From Camelus dromedarius (Eukaryota), in contig NC_087438.1 in assembly GCF_036321535.1 (NCBI RefSeq), forward strand, positions 1,304,001-1,368,000: a stretch of DNA of 64,000 nt, given 5' to 3'. Position numbers and translations under genes: made by a program. The notes under the pieces are model-generated. The model made no database searches, was not told where the DNA came from, and saw nothing but the letters and a program-made list of their open reading frames with translations. Positions 37,990-48,894 of this stretch are shown piece after piece; the stretch's first letter is position 1, and every line of letters begins with the position of its first letter.

Positions 37990-38870
37990 TGGCTGTTGGG
38001 TTGAAACAAATGTTCCCCATCAAGTACCACAGTGCTTTAAAACTGCTGATAAATAGGAGTTGAATACTAGGAAGTAACAACATTAACATATTAGTATACA
38101 TAATTAATGTACGGGGGTGTTAATGCGTTTGCCATTTGAACACCTATTGACATGATTATGTGGCTCCCAGATTCGTAACCTATCAATGTGATATCAAATG
38201 TTAATAGATACAGTATTCAATTAAGCCATCTTACTTTTCTTTTTTGTTTTAATTTTAACTTTGTAGTTTTCCCTTCCAGCTTTACTGAGGCGTAATCGGC
38301 ACACAGGACTGCATGTTTACGATGGACAGCATAACGATTTTATTTACATGTATTATGCAATGAGCCACCCTTTCTTTGATGAATCCATCTTGACTTGGGT
38401 TGGCTTTGATTCATGAGTATTTTATGCTGTATGTGTTGGCAGATACCCAGCTCTCTGAAGACTTGTGTGTAAATACATATGAAAGTTTTAAGATAAATTT
38501 TACTGACATAAAGGGTGTACAGCACATAATTGACAAATAATAATAAACCGTGCAACGCTCTCTGTCGTAAATGCCGCACCAAAATTGATTCTCAGAGGGC
38601 TTATTGGATTTGCTAAGTTCTTGACTGTGGCCAACGTGTGGCTGCAATTGGCTGTGGACCTCAATGTTGAATCTGTGTCGGAAGCTCACCGTTCTGCTGG
38701 TGGGCAAATCTTCGCTGAATCGAACAACAGTTCTCACACACTGGAAGAATCCTTCCTCCCTTTGTTGTGCTGTTCACAGTAAAATGGCTATGGACACAGC
38801 GCTTTTAAGTTTATATGCATGTTTAATGTCTTCTCCATCAATTTTATAAGTCTAGACGGTCAATAAAACA
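37990..38870. promoter_or_regulatory. Candidate conserved non-coding element, interrupted by an L1 fragment
   Basis: AT-rich unique sequence with TAATTA, TGATGAAT (38377-38384), TGATTCAT (38407-38414), TGTAAATA (38468-38475), TGACAT, TAATTGACA and GTCGTAAA (38564-38571). Confidence 0.5.
38236..38362 (-). mobile_element. Short L1 3' end fragment (L1MA9/artiodactyl type)
   Basis: T-rich tail followed by ccttccagctttactgaggcgtaatcggcacacaggactgcatg...gacagcataacgattttatttacatg. Degenerate TSD-like flanks agccatcttacttt / agccaccctttcttt. Confidence 0.7.
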
Positions 38871-39859
38871 TAACAACTAAAGCCTGACGGGGAGAGCTAG
38901 CCAGTGTCCGTGGCGTGAACGTCCCCGGACGGCGGCTGACTTCACTACGGCGGAGCGTGGCGCTGGGGAGGCTCAGTGTCCATGGAGTGGGGACCAGGCA
39001 GTGTCCCCACCACACAGGGTGCAGGAGGCTCAGAACACACGTGATAGTGAAAGAATTAGGAGTGACAGGTTTTCCTCTTGAAATGTAACTGATTTACTTT
39101 TACATAATTTTACACAATTGCCATTTTTACCAGCCGGCTTGCAAAGGTCCTGATGTGTAAGTGTTGGTGCTCATGGGTGATGTGAAAATTCACACACAAG
39201 ACGGAGTGCTTCCTCTGCCACGTTTCCACACCCAGATTTTTGTTCACTTTATGAATTGAAATGAGTAGCTTTTCTGTGTGTTTTTTTCAGCTTTCTTTTA
39301 ATTTATACGATATTGAAATAAAATGTTTCTCAAAGTTTTGATAGAATTAGCCAATAAATTCACCTTGCCCTAGAAATCACTATAGAAAAGACTCTTTGAT
39401 GTTTTAAATTCTATTCATCATTACTGGTCACCCCAAAGTTCCTTCATCTTGAGTTAATTTTGGTCATTTTTATTTGCCAGAGAATTATAAATTGTACTGA
39501 TGTATTCAAATCTGTAATTAAAAAAGAAACTGCCCTTTAATTAATCCTTATAATCTTTCACAACATCCTGGACACTCTCCAACTGGCCCCCACCTTCCCC
39601 GCTCTGGGTCCTGGTCCCTCTCACGGGAATGTGCCCCTCCCCTGCCCCAGGGCAGCCTTCTCCCTTCCCCGGGCTGAGGAAGCAGCCAAGGTGGCCTGGA
39701 GCTCGGCTTTGTTTTAAACGCATCATGCTTCAAGCTTCAGAAGAAGGTGTAGCTGGAGTTAAGAGAACTGACCATCAGCGGTCTGCCTAGGTTCTCACGT
39801 AGAGAGGAGAGTCAGTGTTAGCTCTGTCCCTGGGCCCACGTGCCATCAGCCGGCCTGCA

Positions 39860-40175
39860 GACCACACGCACTCACCGGCGTGTTTACTGATGTCCTACTG
39901 TGTGCTCAGCCACGGGGGCCAGGCCCGCCTGTCTGCTGAGTGTGGGGACGATGGAGGCCACCTGATACCCGGCTGCAGACATGGGGGCTGCTCGAGGGCC
40001 TGGGGGGCGGTGGACAAGCAGGTGAGGGGCCTCAAGGAAGGGGAGGGCTGCCCTCAGCAGGGAGGACCCAAGAAGGATTTTCTGAGGAAAGGGGAAGCGG
40101 GCACGGTACAGACGCATCCTTGGGGGAGGGCCTCATGGGGGGAGGGGACGTCAGGGGCCAGAGCCCGCGGGCCTC
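39860..40175 (-). mobile_element. L2 LINE 3' fragment
   Basis: cactcaccggcgtgtttactgatgtcctactgtgtgctcagccac resembles the antisense L2 tail. Downstream aagaaggattttctgaggaaaggg and ggaggggacgtcaggggccagagccc resemble the L2a body. Confidence 0.5.
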
Positions 40176-40216
40176 GCTGTGGGAGGCCAGGCACCACTCC
40201 ATCCACTCGATTTCTT

Positions 40217-40352
40217 CTATGTTTTGTTTTTTGTTTTTTGTGGGGGGACATAATTAGGTTTATCTACTTACGTATGTTTTTAGAGGAGGCACGGGGGCTG
40301 AACCCAGGGCCTCGTGCACACTAAGCGCACCTGCCATGAGCGGTGCCCCCAA
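40217..40352 (-). mobile_element. tRNA-derived SINE, camelid Vic-1-like, with TSD
   Basis: T-rich tail (poly-A on the minus strand), then ggggggacataattaggtttatctactt...gaggcacgggggctgaacccagggcctcgtgcacactaagc. B-box-like GGTTCAGCCCC on the minus strand. TSD tcgatttctt at 40207-40216 and 40358-40367. Confidence 0.85.
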
Positions 40353-41039
40353 CTGCTTCGATTTCTTGATTGTTCATTCAGGTTAAGAATTTTGGTGTCT
40401 TCAAGGTGCACTCAAAACCTGATTTGGCACAAAAATATTTGAATTATTTGATTCTTTTCAGGTGCAGATGGTCCACCAAACTGAGTGGTCACCACGCGTC
40501 CCCTCAGACCAGCCGCCCTGGTCCCCTGAGGCGCCACCGCGGGGAGGGCCATCTCCAGGGGGCTTCGCACTGGCAGCTCCTGGTCCTCCCGTTCCTGGTT
40601 CAGCCACGTGGACCTGCTGGTGGTTCCAGGCCCTCACCGGTCCCCCCGGGCTCCTCCCGGCAGGTGAGGGCGACGTGCCTCCCTCGTCCCCACCGCTCAG
40701 GGGCCTGTGCACCTTGTCACCACAGCCCAGCACGTGTCTCCACCCGCACCCAGCACACGGCCCTGCACAGAAAGAGGTGGGATGCTGGGCATGAGGAAGG
40801 GACGGCGAGTTCATCAAACTCAAAGGAAAAATAGGGGACTTAAAAATGTCTCTGAGTCTCTTGGGCAAAGGGAATTAAATTATTCAGATCTTCCCCAACC
40901 TCTTCCACTGCCTTCCTGAGAGGCGCAGCTGGACTCTCAACGTGCACATTTAAGCCTGGGTCGTGTGTGTTACACCAATTAAGTTGTTATTCAGAGAAGG
41001 GGCTAAAAGTTCAGTTAAATTCTGAAGGAGAGGGAGTGA

Positions 41040-41125
41040 CAGTGGCCGAGTCACATTCAGCTGTGAGTGTCTTCGTTTTTCCATCTGTAAATCAGAATAT
41101 TTTATCTCAACTTGGTGCACGGAAC
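41040..41125 (+). mobile_element. Possible MIR core fragment
   Basis: ggccgagtcacattcagctgtgagtgtcttcgtttttccatctgtaaatcagaata resembles the MIR core. Confidence 0.4.
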
Positions 41126-42789
41126 ATCACCTAAGAGAAAGTGGATGCTTGTGAAACCACATAAACCTCAAGCGCCTGAGACTTGCAGGACGCAGGCCGG
41201 TTTCTCAGCCCAGATGCTCACACGCCCCCGGGGAAGGCTGCTCTGAAAATCTCAACCCATGTGTTTCCCAAAGGGAGCCCAGGGGCTGCTGACCTCGGCA
41301 GGGTCTGGCACGCTGGGGCCCACGGCTGGCCCGGTGTTGACCGCTAGCAGGAAGGGAGGGGCTGGGAGCTGGCTGGCGTGGGGCTGGACCACCGACCACG
41401 GGGCAGCCTGTGTCCACAGGAGAGCGCTCAGTGTGGAGGAGCTCCTCGAAGCCGAGGTGAGGGCCAGGCTCCCAGGGCAAAGGGAGACGCGGTCCCTGAG
41501 GAAGTCGAGGTGACCGCGTTTCTTTCCAAGAGAACAGAGCTCAGGCCGCGTGCACTGTCTGCACAGCTGTTCTGGTGGGCACTTCTAGCTGCTCAGTACA
41601 TAAATACAATTGTGCGTTAACCCCATGCCACAAGGGAACCTGACTCGTACGCGTTCCTTAGAAAGGAAAGCTCGTGGCTGGACGTGATTTCCCCCTTTGC
41701 TGGGCAGAGCCCCCCGACATCCTGGAGGGTCCCCAGGGCCGGGAGGAGGTGCAGGAGCCGGGAGAGCCGCCCTCCGTCAGCCAACGAGTGTGTGTGTCCT
41801 CCCACCTGGCCGGGAAGGGCTCCCTCACCTCCAAGGCCAATACACCGCCTTTCAGCGACGGCGGGCCGTCCAAAGGGGCTGGAGGGTGTGGTCAGCCTTG
41901 GGCCCTGGGCCGGGAGGTGGAGGGACTGGGCCGTGGAGACAGAGGCAGGGAGCGGAGCCTTCCCAGGCGTGGATATCTCCAGGCCAGGCCCTGAAGGCGG
42001 GCGTGGGCCAGGCTGGGAAGGCCTGCAGGGACCACAGCGTCTCCACCCTGTCAGGCTCTGGGCAGCCCTGTGGACAGGCAACCCATTTAAACCCACTTGC
42101 CCAGAGTTTCCAAACTTATTGATCCAAGTGGCCTCTTTCATGAGCCTAACACACCCGTGAGAAGCCGTGGGATTCTGAGGGTAACGCCGCCATGCCCGTG
42201 CTGGCGCCGATGGCTCCCCATGTCCGTGGACGGCCCTCCCTGCTCGAAGCCAGGGGGGCGGCTGAGCTCCGGGTTCTGCTGCATCAGAAAGCCCTTGTTC
42301 TGCCAAATCAGGTCATCTCAGCGGAGTTCGAAGCACCAGCAAGTCCTTGGCTACGGAGTCTAACAACTTCCTCTGCTGTCCTGGGTGGGGCGTGTCCAGC
42401 CCCGGCCTGGACGCTGGCCGTAACGACTCAGCCTTGTGCCCAAATACCAGCCAAACCGGAGGGAAGGAGGTGTCCTCCAGGAGCAGAGCCGTCTTGTCCT
42501 GGATGCGGACGGAGGAGGTGGAGGGGAGGATGTGTGATCCGGGGAGGGGTCCCGGGGCTACTCCCACTTGACTTGGGGTCTCCAGCCGGGGGCCCCCAGC
42601 CTCTCCCCCGGCCCCACATCTGCACAACCTCCTCAGCTGCTCTCTCCTCACTCTGTGGCCTTTTCTCTCTCTTGAAAAAAACGTTTTGAACACCTTTTCC
42701 TTTGGCCAGGGAGGCCCGAGGGTGCGGGCTTCTGTCTGACCCTCCCGGCTGCTTCTGGTGGAGACCCTCCCGCTCGGATCCGGGTCAGA

Positions 42790-43130
42790 CAGCACCGCCA
42801 GCTGGCCCGGCTGCCAATCTGTAATGTTCCTGGCCATGATTAATCTGATAAATAATAAATATATCAATCTAGTCTCTTAGACAAGGACAAATTCTTACCA
42901 GCAGGGAGGCAGGAGGCCTCTTCTCCAGCTGCCTGTAGTGCTGGGATTAATTATTTAATGCTTAATTCTTCGGGAAATGAGAAAGTTTTGATTAATGCTG
43001 TCCAGTGTCGTTTCTTGCTTGTTTGATGTGTGTCGGATGATTTTTCCTCGCCAGTCGCTCTGAAGAAGCCAGAGGCTGCTGTCAGGGGATCAGACACCGA
43101 ACTTCCAGAGATTAATTGAAGTGAAGACTT
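42790..43130. promoter_or_regulatory. Candidate enhancer with clustered TGATNNAT (PBX-HOX) sites
   Basis: TGATTAAT (42837-42844), TGATAAAT (42846-42853), ATATATCA (42859-42866, reverse complement TGATATAT), TGATTAAT (42989-42996), plus GGATTAATTA. Confidence 0.45.
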
Positions 43131-45677
43131 AGAGAAAAACACCCTGGGTGCCCGCCTGACATAGCCTTTTCTCAGGCTAAACTCGGCTCCGTCCGGGGTG
43201 TTGGCCTCCCCGCTTCCTTATGTAAAACTCTGACTTTCCAGGCAGTTGAAAACCCTTGTTTGGTTTCCAGGAGGAATTTTTCCCTAAAGCTCCCTCCCAG
43301 GTCGGCAGGATTGAGATACTCGCTTGGCAGGTAGTGCATCCGTAATCCTGTCTCTGGTAAAATAAGAACGGATGGCCATCCAAGGTCCATGTTTCTTTTT
43401 GACCCTGAGGCCAGTGCTTACATGAATTTGGACTCAAAACCTGCTCTGCAGGCTGTTCAAATCCAGCTCCAAAGCGCAGTGCCCTTGGTCTCAATTTACG
43501 GTGATAAATAATGTCCTGATCTTCTCGTCTGCCCTGGAAGTTCGCAGTCCCAGAGCGCTGAATTACAGACAAGATAATACAATTAACCTCATTTCAGAAT
43601 ACCCTGACTGACTTCAGTTCTAAACACACCCTGCCCACTGGGTCTGGAATTTCCTCTCGAACATTTATGTCTTACCTTCTTTTAGCGACAGGAACTGAGA
43701 GGCACTTGCTCGTGCAAGAGGGAGGCGCCCGGGAGACTTGAGGACGAGAGTCCAGGAGTCGCAGCGAGGACTGGTTTCCTCCAGGCTCCGACACCCCTGG
43801 GGCTGCAGGCGCTCCCCACTCTCCAAGTAACTAACTCTTCTTAAGACTCCTCCCTCCCTGATTCCTGAGGGTGGGAACGTTCTGGGGCCTGAAGCTCAAC
43901 GAACCCCTCACCCTGGCGGGCCTCGGGCTCGGGCCAGCGCCCCTCTGTTTTCTCCCAGGTCCTCGGTCCCTGCGTCACCGGAGACTTGGAGCTGGGAGCC
44001 CCCGAGGGCACATCGGCCTGCCTGGCCCCGTGGCCGCGAGATGGAGCGAGTGCCTGGAAGGCGGTGGAGACGCAGGTCAGGGTAAGGTCGCCCACAGGAT
44101 GCCTCCTTAGATGTGTGCCTCCGGCTCGCGGGGAGAGAGGGGAGGCGCCAGAAGCACGTGAATCACGACGCTGGGAGCGAGGGGACCACGCCGCCACCAG
44201 CTCAGAGAACCCCGGGAGAGGGACAGAGAACCGCAGAGAAGACGTTTCACATATGGTGCGTGGTGGTTCAGTTTTGACACGTGGAAGAGTTCATAGGTTG
44301 TACTGAGTCTTTTAAAATAGTCTTTTGAAATATCACCAGCCTGCGAGTGCCCCCCTGGGACGCCCGCACGGTCCCGAGAAGCAGGGCTTCCCGGGGGAGG
44401 AGGGGGCCTGCGCTTCCCTCTCACTCGCACCCTTCCTGCCGCACACGCTGGCTTTTGGCCTCATGCGGACTCCCGGCTCACACAGGTGTCCCCAGTGTCC
44501 CCTGTGCTCAGTGCCCAGAAAGAACTGGGACTCAGAGAGATCAGGGGAGCAGAGCAGGCACTTCCTCCCCAGATCCCACATCTGCTCGTTCCTTGGAGGA
44601 GCGGGCTGAGCGGGACCGACGGGAGTGTCCCTCGGACTCCGAGAGGTGGACTTGGAATAGTTTTCCAACCTCACGAGCACTTGGCAATTAGACCCAGTGC
44701 AGAAGAAATACCCACACGTGTGACCTGCTTCCACACTTGGCCCTTAGAAGGTGTGGGAGACGGCGCCCTGAAGCCCACCCCTCCCCGGGCAGAATGGACA
44801 GCCTGCGGGCGCTCCTGGGGCAGCGGGGACTGGCTGACCCATCTCCCCGGCCACCGTGCTGGACGGCTCATCTCCCGCCCCACCCCTCTGGGCCCTCTGC
44901 TCTCACCTCCTCCAGGCTCCCCGGCCCCTAACCCCAGACTGCGGGGGAAGCGGGCAGCGCAGATGTAGGGTCACCAGCACCCGGATGCCGGTGGGCCTGG
45001 GCCCCTGCTGTTGGGGGTGCTGTGTGGGTGACAGGATGTAACCTGCAGGGCGGGCCCCCCTGCCCTCTGGGTGGGTCCCTGAGGCCCCTGTGAGGCAGCA
45101 GCGCCCAGCAGCGGTGGCCTGCCTGGTGTCTCCCAGGGCCCCGCACACCATCACCAGGGCTCACTGAACCGGGTCAGACCTGCTCACGTCTGTTGAGGGT
45201 GAGGGCGAGGGGCACGGAGACCCCTGACATGGCCGGTCAGGTCACCTGCCACTTGCACAGTGTTGCCCCAACTTCAGACCCTGGCGCCGTCTCTTCCCCT
45301 GTGCACCCTGCCCCACCTGGCCCTGGTCCCGGGGCTCTGCTGCCTCCCCCCGCAACCTGACCACCTGAAGGGGCGCCGGCCCAGGGCTCCACCCCGCAAG
45401 GGTCAGCCAAGCCCCCCCGAGCCCCTTTGAAGGGGGTTTGTTTAGGGAATTTGTATTTTCCGCTGCTTTCTTCTTGGACCTATTTGCATTTTAAATAATT
45501 AAAACATTAAAACTGAAAAATTTATAAATGAGAGCTGCTAAGAGATTCCTGCCTGGCAGACAATAGAAAAGAAATGACTGCCCTGTTAGGCTGGCTGCAA
45601 TGTCCTACCTGTCACCCTCCCTGAGGAGCTCCACAGCCACGGCCGGGACCTGGGGCACATGCACGGCGTGGCAGCCC

Positions 45678-45978
45678 ACAGACACACACAACACACACAC
45701 AACACACACACACAGCACGGACACACACACGGCATAGAGACACAGACACACACGATGGACACTCAGGCACACAGACACACAACACAGACGAACAACACAG
45801 ACACACACAGACACACAACACAGACGAACAACACAGACACACAACACAGACTCACACACAACACAGACACAACACAGACCAACACACAACAGCACACACA
45901 GGCACCCATAGAGACTCACAACACAACGCACAGACACACACAACACACACAACGCAGACACACACACAGACACACAGA
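45678..45978. repeat. CA-rich low-complexity repeat with an internal 36-bp tandem duplication
   Basis: (CA)n/(CACAG)n/(CAACA)n. The unit acagacacacaacacagacgaacaacacagacacac occurs at 45771-45806 and 45807-45842. Confidence 0.9.
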
Positions 45979-46194
45979 CTCCCCGGCACCCCCCCCACCG
46001 CAGGCACGCGTCCTGGGGCCCCTCCGCTCTGTCCCCAGGACGGTCTCTGGGAAGGACTTTGATGGCACCCTGTAAGTAGCCTAATCAGAGCCCCAGCAGG
46101 TCCCAGGAGCGTGCGGTCCCCCCACCTTGTCCTTCTCACTGGAGGTTCCTCGGGGGCGGGCGGGGTGACAGGCGCTCGGCCAGCACGGCCGGCC

Positions 46195-46620
46195 TGGTTG
46201 TAACAAGCGTCGGGACACTAGGAGCCACAAAAGCCGGCCTGGCCACATCATCAATCACTGTGCTGACAGGCGCCTTCAGTTTGTTTGTTCCACTCTGCAT
46301 AATAAGTGATTGGATCAGGTTTAATTAGATATTGGGTAATCAATCATTGCCAACAAGGCAACCCAGCTTGGGATCTAGATGCTGGAAGGGAAAAGGGAAA
46401 AATAAAACCCTGCAAATCTCATCTCGTGCGCATAGGCAGCCCAGCCCAGGAGTGCTCGCCGTGGCGTGTGGCCGAGGAGCGCGGGGCAGGATAATTCACA
46501 GCTGGGCGGCCGGCTCCCAGACAGCACCGGTGACATTTCACTTTGGCTGCATAATTACTTTTCAATATAATATAATATGCAGACCTGAGGGAGGAAGGAA
46601 AAGCAATTAAATCACACACG
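46195..46620. promoter_or_regulatory. Candidate PBX-HOX/MEIS enhancer
   Basis: ATCAATCA (reverse complement TGATTGAT) at 46250-46257 and 46339-46346, TGACAG at 46264-46269, TGTTTGTT, and TAATTA at 46322-46327, with further TAATT words downstream. Confidence 0.55.
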
Positions 46621-47347
46621 GCCCGTGCTCCTGCCACTGTCCCCAGAAGTGACCAGAAGCTGTCGTTCAGTGCAGAACGGCTTAAGATGGAAGTCTGACA
46701 CCACGGAGATGACGGTGCCTCTTCGGGGCCCCCGTTCAGTGCAGGAGCCTCCGAAGACCCCAACTTGGCATCCATCATCAGCTCCGAAAGTCTCAGACCA
46801 TATTCCTGCTCTCCCTTCAGGAGCCAGGACCCGCCAGCTCAATGGAGCCATGGAGATCGCTGACCTGAACTGGGGAGACTTATTCATTTGCAAACTACAC
46901 TGAGCCTCACAAGTAGAAGTAACAGGGAGCACCACTGAATTCATCCTTCCGATGTCAAAGGTTATGTTTATTCTCATAGGAATCTAATTAGACACAAAGG
47001 CAAGCCAGTCTATTATGAACCTGGGGACTCAGAGGGTTCACTGAGGGTCAGCAGGCAGACCCTGGCAGCCCTCACTGAGCATTGTGCCAGTGGTACCTCC
47101 AGTAACTTCTTTGTAATAAAATGGAAACACCCATCCTGATTCTGATTGCTTCTGAGCAGAGGAGTGAACGCCTCCAGCTCCTGGAAGGACAAACCCTTGA
47201 CATCCCTTGATGATGAAGTGAGGAAGTGTCTCTCTCCCCTCCTGTCCTCCCACGTCATAGGCAGGGTCCTCCCTCATGGTAAGGCACCCATCACTCACCT
47301 GGAAGAGGACAGATGCAGGCACATCATAGGAAAACCAACAATTCTGT

Positions 47348-47657
47348 GATGGGTGGAAGTTCCTGAGTGAGTGAGTAGATGGATGGATGATGGATAGATG
47401 GTGGATGGATGGATGGTGGAAGGATGGACAGTTAGATGAATGGATGGGTGTATGGGTGGATGAGTAGGCAGGTGGGTGGGCAAATGGATGGATGAGTGGA
47501 TGGGTGGATGTGTACATGCATGGGTGGGTGAGTGGGTGGATGGGTGGGGAGGGTGTGGGATGGATGAATGGTGGGTGTATGGCTGGCTGGATGGGTACAT
47601 GAATGAATGAGTAGGTGGGTGGGTGGATGGATGGGTGGGTGGGTGGGTGGATGGATG
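47348..47657. repeat. (TGGA)n/(TGGG)n tetranucleotide simple repeat
   Basis: About 310 bp of gatggatggatg/gggtgggtgg units. Confidence 0.95.
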
Positions 47658-48329
47658 CTGCTAGTCTGGTGAAGACTTGCGTCCATGTCCTTGCACAAGG
47701 CTTGCTATCCATAGAGTGATGCTTCAGCTAAGAAAGGATAGGTGACTGACGGTGTGTCAGTGAGGACGGGGACTATTACCCACCCAAGCAGCTCCCCACT
47801 TACAGAGACGGAAAACACGGACCCTTTTGGATTAAGTAACCAACTGAAATGTAATTTGGGCATATCTGTTTTTGATATTTGATTGGCCGTCCTATGGAGA
47901 CAGGATTGGCTGTTTTACCAGGCAATGGAACATCAAGTAAACGGTGGTAACTAACGCCTGCTATGTTCACTGCAGAGTCTGAAGATATGGGGGCCAAGAG
48001 CTCTCCTTGGGGAGGTCAGCCTATCACCAGTTTTGGGATTCGAGGTGTGATGTGTGCCCCCCCCTCCCCGTGAACACCTCTCCCCATGCCCTGCTCCCTG
48101 GCCCGCAGCCGTGGTACCTCTGCTCCCCTCGCCTCCCCAGGGCCGAGGAGAGTCCCCAGGCCCTTGCACTGGAGCCCCTTCCTCTGTGAGTGGCCCAGCC
48201 TGGGCCCTTGTTTCTCAGCAGCCAGCCGTCCTCCCTGTGGAGAAGAGACGGCTCGTTAATTGAGGTGCTGGGAGTGTGCTTTGGGTGACAGTGCGGGTAG
48301 CCCCCTTCCCGCTATGTGCAGTGAATCAT

Positions 48330-48492
48330 GTATGGGGCGCCTGTGGGTGTGTGGGGTGAACGCAGGGTCCGTGGGGTGCATGCGGGTGCAGTGCAGGTGC
48401 ATATGGGGCGTGTGGGTGCACACAGGGGAGGTGGGGTGAACTTGAGGGCTGTGGGTGCATGTGGGCGAGGTGGGGCTCATGGGTGCATGTGG
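48330..48492. repeat. Degenerate GTGGGGTGCAT-type minisatellite
   Basis: Recurrent gtggggtg/gggtgcat units. Confidence 0.7.
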
Positions 48493-48864
48493 CTTAGCTG
48501 CTTTCCCCTAGGGGTGCTGGGCTGAGCCCTCGTGGGGGGTCCTCCAACCTGGTGATGAGGGTTTGGGGCTGGCTGGGGATAAAGGCCGTGAAGGTAGGAC
48601 CCGGAGCATCACCCGCCTTCCTGGACCACGTGGGGAGCAGGCCTGCCGGCCCAGGTAGCAGGTGCCGCGGAGGTGCGGTCTGTCCCTCGTGTGGCTGGTG
48701 GGCATCCCAGCGCCCAGTTTCTTTGTCTCCCGTGCGCCTTCCTGGCCACGCAGGTGGAGGATTTCTCCTTCTGTCCTCGGAGGCTTTCCTTAACCCTGCG
48801 TTAGCTGTGTGCCCCTCTCTCTGTTTTCCGGGGGCTGGATGTCTCTCTTCTCCTGTGAGGTAAT

Positions 48865-48894
48865 GAGGGAGGGAGGGAGGGAGGGAGGGAGGGG
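48865..48894 (+). repeat. (GAGG)n microsatellite
   Basis: gagggagggagggagggagggagggagggg. Confidence 0.95.

Noticed and set aside
40290..40350. tRNA gene
   Set aside because: A B-box-like motif is present, but it is the degenerate head of a SINE with a tail and TSD, and no cloverleaf is evident.
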